Of a stretch of DNA of 64,000 bases, positions 18,277 to 28,266 are shown piece after piece (the first letter of the stretch is position 1; each line of letters begins with the position of its first letter). The position numbers and the translations under genes were made by a program. The stretch is from the NCBI GenBank assembly GCA_963666275.2, contig CAXXOA010000001.1, positions 224,001 through 288,000 of the forward strand. The letters run 5' to 3'. Source of the DNA: Oceanispirochaeta sp. (GTDB lineage: Bacteria; Spirochaetota; Spirochaetia; DSM-2461). The notes below the pieces were generated by a model. That model did not search any database, had not been told where the DNA came from, and was given only the letters and a program-made list of their open reading frames with translations.

Positions 18277-19055
18277 AAACGACAGCCTGTATAGAAACTC
18301 TGTATACAGAGCTTCCCTGGGAAGAAAGGTTTCTGGCGGCAAAAAAAGACGGATTCGACTATGTGGAGTTCTGGAGCTGGACTGATAAGGACATTGATCA
18401 GATCAAAGAGCTTGCGGAAAAGGCGGGGATCGGTATCAGTGGTTACAATGGCGATGCTGATTACTCCCTGGTTGATCCTTCCCATAAAGAAAAATACCTT
18501 GAATTTCTGAGGCAGTCTCTGGAGACAGCTGTAAAGTTGGGTGCTCTGAGTGTTACCATTCACTCCAATGCTCTTGGCGATGGAGGTATTGTTGTGGATC
18601 ACTACACCGAACTTTCCCATACAGTGAAAATCTGCTCCATGTATGACATGCTGAAAGAGGTTGCTGTTATGGCCGAAAAGTTTGGGGTCAACTGCAATCT
18701 GGAAGGTCTGAATATAACAACAGATCATGTGGGCAACTTTCTGGAAAACACCCGTATGGCCGCGGAAATGGTTCGACTGATAGGTTCTCCCAGGTTGAAA
18801 ATCCTTTATGATGTGTATCATATGCAGCTCAATGAGGGGAAAATCTGTGATACCATTACTGAGTTTGTGGATACTTTCGGGCATGTGCATATTGCCGATG
18901 CTCCCGGACGCCATGAACCAGGTACAGGAGAGATCAATTATCCCAATGTGATAAAACACCTGAAAAAAGCAGGCTATGACGGTACAGTGGGTTCTGAACT
19001 CTTTCCTGCAAAAGATACTCCTACTGCTGTGAAAGCCATAATGGGAATCTTCTGA
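18273..19055 (+). CDS. Hydroxypyruvate isomerase-like TIM barrel (keto-sugar isomerase/epimerase)
   Basis: GFDYVEFW, LEGLN, LYDVYHMQLNEG, HVHIADAPGRHEPGTGEINY; ATGA overlap with iolG. Confidence 0.85.
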   Translation: MKTTACIETLYTELPWEERFLAAKKDGFDYVEFWSWTDKDIDQIKELAEKAGIGISGYNGDADYSLVDPSHKEKYLEFLRQSLETAVKLGALSVTIHSNALGDGGIVVDHYTELSHTVKICSMYDMLKEVAVMAEKFGVNCNLEGLNITTDHVGNFLENTRMAAEMVRLIGSPRLKILYDVYHMQLNEGKICDTITEFVDTFGHVHIADAPGRHEPGTGEINYPNVIKHLKKAGYDGTVGSELFPAKDTPTAVKAIMGIF

Positions 19056-19060
19056 AGGTT

Positions 19061-19095
19061 TAACCGGCCGGTAGATACTGCCGTCCGGCCGGTTA
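19061..19095. terminator. Stem-loop after the iolG-hyi operon
   Basis: TAACCGGCCGG ... CCGGCCGGTTA perfect 11-bp arms. Confidence 0.55.
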
Positions 19096-19203
19096 TCATG
19101 AAATTTAAATCTTTTCCCGGCTGTCAATAGAATTTATTAATCTTACAGGGAAAAATAAAAGTAAATATTATAGAAAGTTATTGTGGAATCTTCTTCGGTT
19201 AGG

Positions 19204-19251
19204 GGAAGTATGTAAACTTATTTGACTAACTCCTGGGCCGAATGATATACT
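19204..19251 (+). promoter_or_regulatory. Promoter of ROK regulator 1 with candidate operator abutting -35
   Basis: GGAAGT-ATGTAA-ACTTAT then TTGACT-18 nt-(TGA)TATACT. Confidence 0.45.
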
Positions 19252-19271
19252 CCTGAAAACAGGAGTTAGGT

Positions 19272-20507
19272 ATGAAAGCAAAAACCAATGGTCACAATCA
19301 GTCTTCCGTGCGGATCAGTAATCGTTCTCTGGTGCTGGATTTGCTGCGGAAGAACGATGCCATGACTGTCAGTCAGATTTCTAAAGAGGTCAGGTTAAGC
19401 AAAACAACCATATGGAAGATCATTGACTATTTTCTCTCCCTGAATCTTGTTACCCTCATTGGAAAAGCGGAAGCTTCGGATGAAGGGGGAAAAAAGCCGG
19501 AACTGTACAGATTTAATGAAAACTGCGGGTATGTCATAACAGCCAGTTTTCTGGGAGATGCCATTCATCTTGCCCTGACTGATGCCCGGGCAAGCATCTT
19601 TTATAAAGAGATAGTCCATATTACAAACGATGAAAAGCTCGAAAATATCATTATAATCATTTCGGATTTTATACGGAAATGGCAAGAACCGGGCTCCCTG
19701 GTAAAAAAAGAAGCAAAACTTGTCGGGATTGCCATAGCGGCTTCCGGTGTTGTAGACCCTGAATCCGGAATGAGTATCACGGCGTCCCGGTTCAACTCCT
19801 GGAGAACCTTCTCGCCCATTCAGAAAATGATTGAGGAAAAGGTGGAACTTCAAGCGCCTTTTTATATAGACAACTACAATAGATTCCACATTTATGCTGA
19901 AAAAAGTATCGGTCAGGTTAAGGATAAGGACAATATCATCCTTGTGAACCTTAATGCCGACGGAGTGGGCGGGGCTATTATCGCCGACAGCAAGTTGAAG
20001 AGGGGGCCCCGTTTTCTGACAGGGGAGCTGGGGCATATGTGCCTGAATCCGGAAGATACAGAGATCTGCCACTGTGGAGGCAGGGGGTGTTTTGAGCAGC
20101 TTGTTTCCATTCCCCGGTTTCTGAATACCGCCAGGAAGGAAATCTCCGAACATCCAGAGACCGGTTTATCTGAAAAAGGTCTGACCCTGAAAAGAATTTT
20201 CCAGGCGTCTAATGAGGGCGATACCCTGGCTCAGGATCTTCTTGATTCAATTTTAAAATGGTTTTCCATTGCTCTGTACAATGCCAATCTTGTGTTCAAT
20301 GCGGAGACAATTATTATATCCGGCGATTACAGGGTGGCAGGAGACTATTTCTACTCCAGGCTGTCAGATCTTGTTGAAAATAGAGGTTTTTTAAAAATCG
20401 CTAAAAATTTTGACATCAGATACTCCGTCTTTGATGAGGAAGGTTCTCTCCGAGGGGGAGCATGTTATGCCCTCAATGACTATTTTGCAAAAAATTCTGA
20501 CTACTGA
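19272..20507 (+). CDS. ROK family transcriptional regulator (NagC/XylR-like)
   Basis: N-terminal HTH (LSKTTIWKII), GGKKP, GELGHM and Zn motif CHCGGRGCFE. Confidence 0.92.
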   Translation: MKAKTNGHNQSSVRISNRSLVLDLLRKNDAMTVSQISKEVRLSKTTIWKIIDYFLSLNLVTLIGKAEASDEGGKKPELYRFNENCGYVITASFLGDAIHLALTDARASIFYKEIVHITNDEKLENIIIIISDFIRKWQEPGSLVKKEAKLVGIAIAASGVVDPESGMSITASRFNSWRTFSPIQKMIEEKVELQAPFYIDNYNRFHIYAEKSIGQVKDKDNIILVNLNADGVGGAIIADSKLKRGPRFLTGELGHMCLNPEDTEICHCGGRGCFEQLVSIPRFLNTARKEISEHPETGLSEKGLTLKRIFQASNEGDTLAQDLLDSILKWFSIALYNANLVFNAETIIISGDYRVAGDYFYSRLSDLVENRGFLKIAKNFDIRYSVFDEEGSLRGGACYALNDYFAKNSDY

Positions 20508-20651
20508 CTTTTCTTAAATGGAATTGCGTTGTTTGTTTCTTAAGTGAATATAGTGTCAGTTTTGTCTGGCAATATTGAAAAAAAGCACTTTAAGATGTAA
20601 AAAATAAACCCATATTGGATAATAATATATCTATATAACCCAGCAAGTAAA

Positions 20652-20697
20652 CTTAGTTAATAAATTAACTTGACATACCGGGGGAGGGTGCTATAAT
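20652..20697 (+). promoter_or_regulatory. Consensus sigma70 promoter of the sugar ABC operon with upstream operator
   Basis: CTTAGT-TAATAA-ATTAAC then TTGACA (20670)-16 nt-TATAAT (20692) with extended -10 TG. Confidence 0.7.
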
Positions 20698-20779
20698 TGA
20701 ATTTATCAAACGGTTTGAGATGAGCAAATCATCAGACAAACTGACTTAAACCAGCAGCATTCATAAATAGGAGGATTCA

Positions 20780-21712
20780 ATGAAGAAAGCGGTATTGGTA
20801 ATTTTAATGGTTCTTATGGTAATAGGAGGGATTTTTGCCGAAGGACAAAAAGATGACGGTAAGATAACAATAGGTTATACTTTTCATAGTGCACAGGATG
20901 TATTTCAGAATCAGCTGAAAGAAGAGTTTGTGAAAGCAGCAGAAGCTAAAGGCTGGGAAGTGAAAGTAATCGATCCACTTCTGGACATTGAAAAACAGGT
21001 TGCCGCAGTAGAGACTTTTATTTCTCTTGGCGTAGATGCCATCGGAATTAGTCCTCTGGACTCTCAAGGCTGTATTCCTGCGGTTAAGATGGCCAATGAC
21101 GCGGGAATCCCCATTGTTTCTGTTAATGCCAGAATAGATCCTTCTGCGGGAGAATTTGTCTATGTCGGTTCTGACAACTATGATGCCGGTAAAATGGAAG
21201 GAGAATATATAGCTTCAATTCTTCCCCAGGGAGCCAATGTTATCTATCTCCAGGGAACACCCGGAATGGACCATTCTATAAAAAGACGGCAGGCTATTAT
21301 GGATACTGTTATCGATGCAAGACCTGATGTGACATTGCTTGCGGACCAGACAGCCAACTATGACAGAGCGGAAGGTATGATGGTTATGGAAGACCTGATT
21401 CAGGCTTTCCCCCAGTTTGGAGAAGGGGATGCTTTAATCACAGCAAATGACCAGATGTCTCTGGGAGGGCTGGAGGCTCTGAAAGGTGCAGGAATCTCAG
21501 GTGTGATTATCGGAGGTATTGATGGAACTGACGAAGCCAAACAGAATGTTAAAAACGGTACTTTTGCTATTACTGTTCTTCAGGACAAAGCCGGACAGGC
21601 TCAGACTTCCATTGATACAATCGAAAAGATTCTAAATGGTGAAACAGTAGATGGTGATGTAATGGTTCCCTTCGTTCCTATTACAAAAGAAAACATTGAC
21701 GAGTTCATGTAA
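20780..21712 (+). CDS. Sugar ABC transporter substrate-binding protein (RbsB/inositol-binding type)
   Basis: Signal peptide ending FAEGQK; YVGSDNYDAG, ANDQMSLG, GIDG, TVLQD; SD AGGAGG. Confidence 0.92.
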   Translation: MKKAVLVILMVLMVIGGIFAEGQKDDGKITIGYTFHSAQDVFQNQLKEEFVKAAEAKGWEVKVIDPLLDIEKQVAAVETFISLGVDAIGISPLDSQGCIPAVKMANDAGIPIVSVNARIDPSAGEFVYVGSDNYDAGKMEGEYIASILPQGANVIYLQGTPGMDHSIKRRQAIMDTVIDARPDVTLLADQTANYDRAEGMMVMEDLIQAFPQFGEGDALITANDQMSLGGLEALKGAGISGVIIGGIDGTDEAKQNVKNGTFAITVLQDKAGQAQTSIDTIEKILNGETVDGDVMVPFVPITKENIDEFM

Positions 21713-21734
21713 TCATTTCTTTTAAGTAATTTTT

Positions 21735-21764
21735 ATCGACTGGAGCGTGTGCGCTCCGGTCGAT
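21735..21764 (+). other. Intercistronic stem-loop after the binding-protein gene
   Basis: ATCGACTGGAGCG-TGTG-CGCTCCGGTCGAT 13-bp stem without a U-tract; typical position for an mRNA-stabilising hairpin. Confidence 0.55.
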
Positions 21765-21803
21765 TCGCCCAAAACCCCTTGTATTTTAAAAAAGGAGGAC
21801 ACC

Positions 21804-23315
21804 ATGAGCAGTAATAGTGAGTTTTTGCTTGAAATGCGGAATATAGTGAAAACTTTTCCCGGTGTGAAAGCTGTCGATAATGTCACTCTGCGCGTTCGTC
21901 CGGGTACTGTTCACGCCCTTGTCGGAGAGAATGGAGCGGGGAAGTCGACCATGATGAAGATTCTGGCTGGAGAACACAGCCCGAATGCCGGTGAAATATG
22001 GTTTGACGGAGAAAAAGTCGAAATCAAAACAACTCAGGATGCATTTGATGTGGGAGTCTCCACAGTCTATCAGGAGCTCAACCTGGTAAATGAAATGACA
22101 ATTGCCGAGAATATGTTTCTCGGAAGGGAGCCCAGGCAGAAGAATAAACTGTTTGTTGATTCCCATTATATAAACAGCGAAACAGCAAAATATCTGGAAG
22201 GTATAGGACTCGGGAGTTTTACTCCCAAAACAAAACTGAATAAACTGAGCGTGTCCCAGCAGCAGATGGTGGAAATTGCCAAAGGAATCCATAGAGGGTC
22301 CAGTCTGATTGTTCTGGATGAACCTACTTCTGCCATTACAGATGCCGAGGTAGCCACGCTGTTTAAATTGATTAACGAACTGAAAGCAAAAGGGATTACC
22401 TTTATATATATCTCTCATAAGCTGGATGAGATTTTTGAAATCACCGATGAGGTAACCGTTATGCGTGATGGACAGTATGTAGATACTGTTGCAACAAGTG
22501 ATCTTACAGAAAAATCTCTGGTTTCCCTAATGGTTGGTCGGGAGCTCACGCATCTTTTTCCCAAGACAGAAGTTGAAATCGGTGATGTGGTCTTTGAGGC
22601 TAAAAACCTGACACGGAAAGGGGCTTTCGAGAATGTCTCTTTTCAGATCCGTCAGGGAGAAATTGTAGGTCTTTCCGGTCTGATGGGTGCAGGGCGAACG
22701 GAAGTGGCTCGGGCCATTTTCGGACTGGATCCTCTGGATGGGGGAGAGATGTTTCTTGACGGGCTTCCCTATGAAGTGAAAAAGCCGATTGATGCTATCC
22801 GTCATGGGATTGCCTATGTTCCGGAAGATCGAAAGGAAGTTGGACTGTGTCTGGGGCGCCCTATACTTGAAAACATTTCCCTGGCAAGTCTGGAGATGTT
22901 TACAAATAAAGGATTTCTGGATCTCAAGTACGAAAGACAGGAGGCTGAGGAGATATCGAAACAGCTTCAGACAAAGACTCATAGTCTTGATGTCAATGTA
23001 AATACCCTATCCGGTGGAAATCAGCAGAAAGTTGTTCTCAGTAAATGGCTGATCAGGCCTCTGAAGGTCCTCATTCTGGATGAACCGACCAGGGGGATCG
23101 ATGTGGGAGCCAAGTCAGAGATCCATAAGCTTATGTGTAAGTTTGCAGCCAAAGGTATGGCGGTGATTATGATCTCTTCGGAGTTGCCGGAAATTCTCGG
23201 AATGAGCGACAGAATTCTGGTTATGCATGAAGGTGAGTTTAAAGGAGAACTGAGCCGTGAAGAAGCGACTCAGGAAAGTGTCATGACTTTGGCAACAGGA
23301 GGAAAAAATGAGTAA
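21804..23315 (+). CDS. Sugar ABC transporter ATP-binding protein (RbsA/MglA type)
   Basis: GENGAGKST, LDEPT twice, LSGGNQQK; ATG at 21804 after AAGGAGG. Confidence 0.95.
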   Translation: MSSNSEFLLEMRNIVKTFPGVKAVDNVTLRVRPGTVHALVGENGAGKSTMMKILAGEHSPNAGEIWFDGEKVEIKTTQDAFDVGVSTVYQELNLVNEMTIAENMFLGREPRQKNKLFVDSHYINSETAKYLEGIGLGSFTPKTKLNKLSVSQQQMVEIAKGIHRGSSLIVLDEPTSAITDAEVATLFKLINELKAKGITFIYISHKLDEIFEITDEVTVMRDGQYVDTVATSDLTEKSLVSLMVGRELTHLFPKTEVEIGDVVFEAKNLTRKGAFENVSFQIRQGEIVGLSGLMGAGRTEVARAIFGLDPLDGGEMFLDGLPYEVKKPIDAIRHGIAYVPEDRKEVGLCLGRPILENISLASLEMFTNKGFLDLKYERQEAEEISKQLQTKTHSLDVNVNTLSGGNQQKVVLSKWLIRPLKVLILDEPTRGIDVGAKSEIHKLMCKFAAKGMAVIMISSELPEILGMSDRILVMHEGEFKGELSREEATQESVMTLATGGKNE

Positions 23316-24276
23316 TGAAGCTGCTCTTTCTAGAAAATTTGATGCAAAAGCTTTTTTAGCTAAATACGGGTTTCTTGTGATTCTTGCGGTAATGGTTATC
23401 GCTTCCACAATTTTGAGCCCTGCTTTTCTGACAGGACGGAACATTATGAATGTTCTGAGGCAGATGTCCATTATTACGATTATCGGTTTTGGTGTAACAA
23501 TGATTATCATCAGCGGTGGTATTGACCTGTCTTCCGGTTCCGTTGTAGCTCTTACCGGTGTGCTTGCTACCAGTATGTATGTTGCAACAGGGAGCATCCT
23601 GCTGGGGCTGCTGACCGGTTTGGTCGCTGGTGCTGCAGTGGGTTTTTTTAACGGATTTTTTATTACCTATTTTGATCTTCCACCGTTTATTGTTACGCTG
23701 GCCATGATGACCGGCGCCCGTGGGCTCGCTCTTCTTTATACTGGAGGTTATCCGATTATCAATATCGGCGACTTCACAGTTTTCGGCCAGGGCTATACCT
23801 TTGGTATTCCCAATCCGATCCTGATTATGCTTCTGGTTATGTTTATCCTGCTGGTTCTTGTGAAAAGGACCCGTTATGGACGGTATATCTATGCGATTGG
23901 TGGGAATGAAACAGCCGCTATGGCTTCCGGTGTTAATGTTAAAGGGATTAAGATCATGACTTATACCCTGGCAAGTTCTCTGGTGGGACTTTCAGGAGTG
24001 CTTCTTATGTCCCGTATCAATTCCGGTCAGCCCGCTGCAGGACTTATGTTTGAGCTGGATGCCATTACCTGTGCGGTTATCGGTGGTACCTCCCTTTCTG
24101 GAGGTGTGGGAACTATCGCGGGGACTCTTGTTGGTGGTCTGATAGTCGGAATCCTTCAGAATATTCTGAATCTGACCAATGTTTCCCCCTACTGGCAGCA
24201 GATTCTTAAAGGTGTTGTTATTATGATTGCCGTGATTATGGATATCAAAACCAAAAGTGTTAAAACTTCAAACTAG
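23308..24276 (+). CDS. Sugar ABC transporter permease (RbsC type)
   Basis: GGIDLSSGS, PPFIVTL, GRYIYAIGGNE, ELDAITCAVIGGTSLSGG. Confidence 0.95.
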   Translation: MSNEAALSRKFDAKAFLAKYGFLVILAVMVIASTILSPAFLTGRNIMNVLRQMSIITIIGFGVTMIIISGGIDLSSGSVVALTGVLATSMYVATGSILLGLLTGLVAGAAVGFFNGFFITYFDLPPFIVTLAMMTGARGLALLYTGGYPIINIGDFTVFGQGYTFGIPNPILIMLLVMFILLVLVKRTRYGRYIYAIGGNETAAMASGVNVKGIKIMTYTLASSLVGLSGVLLMSRINSGQPAAGLMFELDAITCAVIGGTSLSGGVGTIAGTLVGGLIVGILQNILNLTNVSPYWQQILKGVVIMIAVIMDIKTKSVKTSN

Positions 24277-24304
24277 TTTTTTATTAGGATTTATACTATT
24301 TCCG

Positions 24305-24332
24305 AAAAAGGTCCCTCCGGGGGCCTTTCTTT
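24305..24332. terminator. Probable bidirectional rho-independent terminator
   Basis: AAAAAGGTCCC-TCCG-GGGGCCTTTCTTT. Confidence 0.6.
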
Positions 24333-24881
24333 AGTTATAAGCCGATAGAAAAGGTTTTATCCGGTATCTGAAGAGTTTTGGTACAGGAACTGAGATTTCT
24401 GTTTGCAGAGGAGTCTCTTCGTGAAAAACCAGGTTCTCTTTGTTTTCGATATAGAGATCTTTTAAATAGAGGAGTTGCAGCCGGCTGGTATAGGTCCTAT
24501 ATGTAGACTTGTTTGATACGATTAGTATATCCATTATGTTTTTCTTGCTGATATTCTGGGCTGATATTCTGGCTTTACTGGAAAATGTTGCGAAAGCAGA
24601 CTTCGGTATTTGCAGTGCCTGAAGGTGGTTCTTTTTATATGGGACGGGGCTGGGTCAAACAGAAGGAAAGGTCGTTTTGTAATGCCGGGAATCAGTGGGC
24701 GGGGTATGTTTCTTTTGTTTGATGGTAAAGTTCTACAAGAGTACTATCAATTGGTTTTTTAATATCAGAGAGGGGAAGGGGGGGGAAGACCCCTGAACCG
24801 GTTTGCGAGCAGTTCAGGGGGAGGTGATGGGGGTGTTTAGTCCCGGAGGAAAACCTGAAGACTACACAACCCATGCATTTG

Positions 24882-26120
24882 TCAGTATGTAAGAGAGTTG
24901 ACGACCTCATACATGGCGGTGATGTTTTCAGGCGGAATTCCTGGCAGCATGTTGTGGATGGTTGTAAACACGAAACCGCCGTCTTTCATGAATATTTCAC
25001 AATTTTTTTTCACTTCATCTCTTACTGCCTGTTCATCTCCGAAGGCCAGGAGGTTCTGTGTGTCTACTCCGCCTCCCCAGAAAACCAGATCTTTACCGAA
25101 CTCATCTTTCAGCTGCTGAGGATCCATATGGTCGCATTGGGTCTGAACTGGATTGAGGATATCCAGGCCGGCATCAATCAGATGAGGAATCATGTCTTTG
25201 ATAGAGCCGCAGCTGTGGATAAAAGTCTTAAGATTGGAGTTTTTGTGGACATAGTCAAAAACAGCTTTGTGATAGGGGAAGATAAGTTCTTTGTACATAT
25301 CGGGTGAGATGAGTGGAGCCGATTGCATGCCCAGATCGTCTGACATTATCAGTACATCCGCGAACCCGTCGACGGCTTTCAGATATTTGTCCAGTTTTTC
25401 GTAATGCCTTTCCAGCATTGTATCGAAGAGTTTTTTCACTTCTTCAGGTTCGGCAAACATTTTCATAAAGAATTCATCATTCCGGTAGAGCCACTGTCCC
25501 GGCTCAAAAACGATATTGCTGTAATTGGCTGTGATGCAGTAATCAGTCGTTTCATACAGGTTCTTTGCTGCTTCATTGACTCTCTTGTAGAAATCGGGCT
25601 TATCCGCAAGGTGAAACATGGGATCCGGCAGGGAGAGCCAGCTTACCTTTTTCATTGCTTCTTCAAGGTCTTCAAAACTCTCTTTGGATTGGCCGTAGTA
25701 TGGGTAGATCTGCTGGTCAAAGTAAAAAGCCCCTTCGACCATGGATGTCAGAATCTCTCCCTCTTTATCCTTTACCACCCATTCAGTTCCCTTTTTTTCT
25801 AGTGTCATCCACCCGGGAAACTTGGCTTTAGACCCATCGGGGAGTGTCCAGTCCTGCCAGTCCGATTTTTCTGTTCCGAAGGTTCTTGCCAGATCAACAA
25901 CGTCTACCTTGAACCTGTCCAGATACCACTGTTCCGGCTGAGCCAGCTGTTGATTAACATCGTAAATCTTTGTTACGCCCTCTGTGATTCCTAGGTACTT
26001 TTTTAAGTCATTGTACAACATGGCGCTGACTCCGGATGAGTGCATGCCTCCGCAGTCAACAGCAATTTTATCTGCTTCCCTGTGATTTAAGACGGCTCTG
26101 ACCCGTTCTCTACTTGTCAT
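24882..26120 (-). CDS. Uroporphyrinogen decarboxylase / MtaA-CmuA-like methyltransferase family protein
   Basis: MTSRERV start, SDDLGMQSAPLISPDMY, HSCGS, LNPVQ, FWGGGVDTQ, GGFVFTTIHN. Confidence 0.85.
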   Translation of the reverse strand: MTSRERVRAVLNHREADKIAVDCGGMHSSGVSAMLYNDLKKYLGITEGVTKIYDVNQQLAQPEQWYLDRFKVDVVDLARTFGTEKSDWQDWTLPDGSKAKFPGWMTLEKKGTEWVVKDKEGEILTSMVEGAFYFDQQIYPYYGQSKESFEDLEEAMKKVSWLSLPDPMFHLADKPDFYKRVNEAAKNLYETTDYCITANYSNIVFEPGQWLYRNDEFFMKMFAEPEEVKKLFDTMLERHYEKLDKYLKAVDGFADVLIMSDDLGMQSAPLISPDMYKELIFPYHKAVFDYVHKNSNLKTFIHSCGSIKDMIPHLIDAGLDILNPVQTQCDHMDPQQLKDEFGKDLVFWGGGVDTQNLLAFGDEQAVRDEVKKNCEIFMKDGGFVFTTIHNMLPGIPPENITAMYEVVNSLTY

Positions 26121-26367
26121 CCTTTTTGTCTCCTTTGAAAAAACAGTATCAACTGTGTGATTATTTAGGATCTATAAAAATAATAGCATTGTATGTTTTA
26201 TAAGTCAATAAAGTTTACAAAATGGTAATAAATTGTGGTTGTATCTAATTAAAGTGTTTTAATGTAATGTAATAAAGCTTGTCAATAAAGTGATTGTAAG
26301 TTATTATAATAAGGTAATTATTCCTTGAATATTTTAAATGTAATTATAGTTTAAAAAGGAGACATCT

Positions 26368-27612
26368 TTGTCTTATAATGCCGGGCACAAACAGTCGTCT
26401 ATTAGAAAGCACAACCGTCAGAAGGTTCTGGATATTATCCGAGCCTGTGAGGTTAGGACTGTCCCGCAGCTGTCAAAAGAGATGCATTTGAGTAAAACAA
26501 CAGTTATGAAGATTGTTGAGCATCTTCAGGCAGAGGGGGTGGTGATCAGTGCCGGGAAAGATCCGTCTGTAGAGGAGCGGGGAAAGCCGCCTGAGTTGTA
26601 CAGGTTTAACAGTTCCTGTGGTTATGTCATAAGCATTACGATTTTCGGCACCTTTATTCTAGCGGGGTTGTATGATGCGGGAGGTCGTATTTTCTATAAG
26701 GAAAAAATCACTTTTCCACCTAATGAGTCTCTGGATACTGTTGTCGAGCTGATTGCCGGTTTTATCGACACCTGGCAGGATCCTCAGGATTCGCACAACC
26801 CTAAACTGGAGACTCTGCTTGGTATTGTGCTGGCTTCAACGGGGGTTACTGATTGTGAAAACGGGGTATGTTTTACTGCCTCTCTTTTTAACTCATGGCC
26901 GACAAATGCCCCCATTAAGAAAATGATCTCTGACAGGGTGAATCTGAAAGGGACCTTTTATATAGATAATTACAACAGGTATTTTGCTTTTGCGGAGAAA
27001 CATTTTGGCGGGTTTGAAGAGTATGAGAATCTTGTGGATATTGTAGCCAATGATGACGGGCTGGGGAGCGGTGTTATCGTGGGGGGTGAAATTCTCAGGG
27101 GGGATATGTATCTTGCCGGAGAGATCGGGCATATGGTTCTTGATCCTTATTTCGATAGGGTCTGCGGCTGCGGCGGCAGGGGGTGCTTTCATCAGTTGAT
27201 CAATACCCGGCGGGTTTTAGATTGTGTTATAGAGTACAAGGATTTTTATCCGGATTCTCTTTTGTTTTCTTCCGTTTCAGGAGATTTGTCGATAGAGAAG
27301 GTTTTTAGTTGTGCTGATAGAGGAGATCTCCTTTCCAGGAAGGCTTTGGGTGAGGTCTTGAAGTGGTTCTCTCTGGGAATTCAGAACATAAGTCTTATGT
27401 TCAACCCCGGCGTCATTGTTATTTCAGGAATCTACAGGAATGCGGGAGACTATTTTCTTGAGGAACTTCGCCGGCAGGTGGAGCAGGTAAGTCTGGCACG
27501 AATGAAGAAAGACGTGAATATCCACTACTCCCTATTGGATGAAGAGGCTCCTTTGAGAGGAGCGGCCTGTTATGTTATTGAAGACTATTTTTCCCGTAAG
27601 CGGGATTATTAA
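26368..27612 (+). CDS. ROK family transcriptional regulator
   Basis: LSKTTVMKIV HTH, GEIGHM, CGCGGRGCF; TTG start after AAGGAG; paralog of 19272-20507. Confidence 0.92.
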   Translation: MSYNAGHKQSSIRKHNRQKVLDIIRACEVRTVPQLSKEMHLSKTTVMKIVEHLQAEGVVISAGKDPSVEERGKPPELYRFNSSCGYVISITIFGTFILAGLYDAGGRIFYKEKITFPPNESLDTVVELIAGFIDTWQDPQDSHNPKLETLLGIVLASTGVTDCENGVCFTASLFNSWPTNAPIKKMISDRVNLKGTFYIDNYNRYFAFAEKHFGGFEEYENLVDIVANDDGLGSGVIVGGEILRGDMYLAGEIGHMVLDPYFDRVCGCGGRGCFHQLINTRRVLDCVIEYKDFYPDSLLFSSVSGDLSIEKVFSCADRGDLLSRKALGEVLKWFSLGIQNISLMFNPGVIVISGIYRNAGDYFLEELRRQVEQVSLARMKKDVNIHYSLLDEEAPLRGAACYVIEDYFSRKRDY

Positions 27613-27686
27613 TAAGCCGGAAATGTGTTTTTTCATGTGAAAAATTTTAAACACAGGAATCTGATTTTCATATAAAGGAGAAAGTT

Positions 27687-27971
27687 ATGTATAAATTTCT
27701 GATTACAATTACGCTTCAGCCGGGAAGTCTGGGGAAGATTCTGGAGAAAGTCCCGCTGGTGCAGGAGAAAACCAGGGCGGAAGAGGGGTGTATTTCTTAT
27801 GATTTTTTTACCTGTACAGATGATGCTGACAAGCTCGTTTTTATTGAATGCTTTAAGAGCAGGGAAGCTCATGAATGGCATGTGAAGCAGGATTATACTC
27901 AGGAATTTATTCAGTTCCATGAGCAGTTTCATGAAAGTCTGGTTTTTGAAACTGTAAATATCGAAAGTTAG
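27687..27971 (+). CDS. ABM-domain protein (putative quinol monooxygenase / LsrG-like)
   Basis: 94 aa with TRAEEGCISYD, FIECFKSREAHEWH; SD AAGGAG. Confidence 0.85.
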   Translation: MYKFLITITLQPGSLGKILEKVPLVQEKTRAEEGCISYDFFTCTDDADKLVFIECFKSREAHEWHVKQDYTQEFIQFHEQFHESLVFETVNIES

Positions 27972-28114
27972 TTTATGATCTAAACAATGTTCATGTTTTA
28001 AGTTTGATTAAAGAGCTTAAAGATCTTTATATTGTCAGTTGTTTAAAATTATGTAAAACTATAATATATAATAAAATATAATTTATTGTCATTTTGAATT
28101 GCCTATTGTTTTTA

Positions 28115-28161
28115 TCTAGTAAGAAAACTTAGTTGACATACCGAATTCAAAGTGATACAAT
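28115..28161 (+). promoter_or_regulatory. Promoter of the iolG-TIM-iolH operon with upstream operator
   Basis: TCTAGT-AAGAAA-ACTTAG then TTGACA (28133)-17 nt-TACAAT (28156) with extended -10 TG. Confidence 0.65.
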
Positions 28162-28266
28162 TTTTACAATGATCAAGTAAGAAATAACCTGTAAAAAAGA
28201 ATAATGTCATCCGGTGAGGTTCGTCCGGCCGGAGTTTTTCAGGGGATAATTTAAAGAAGGAGAGGC

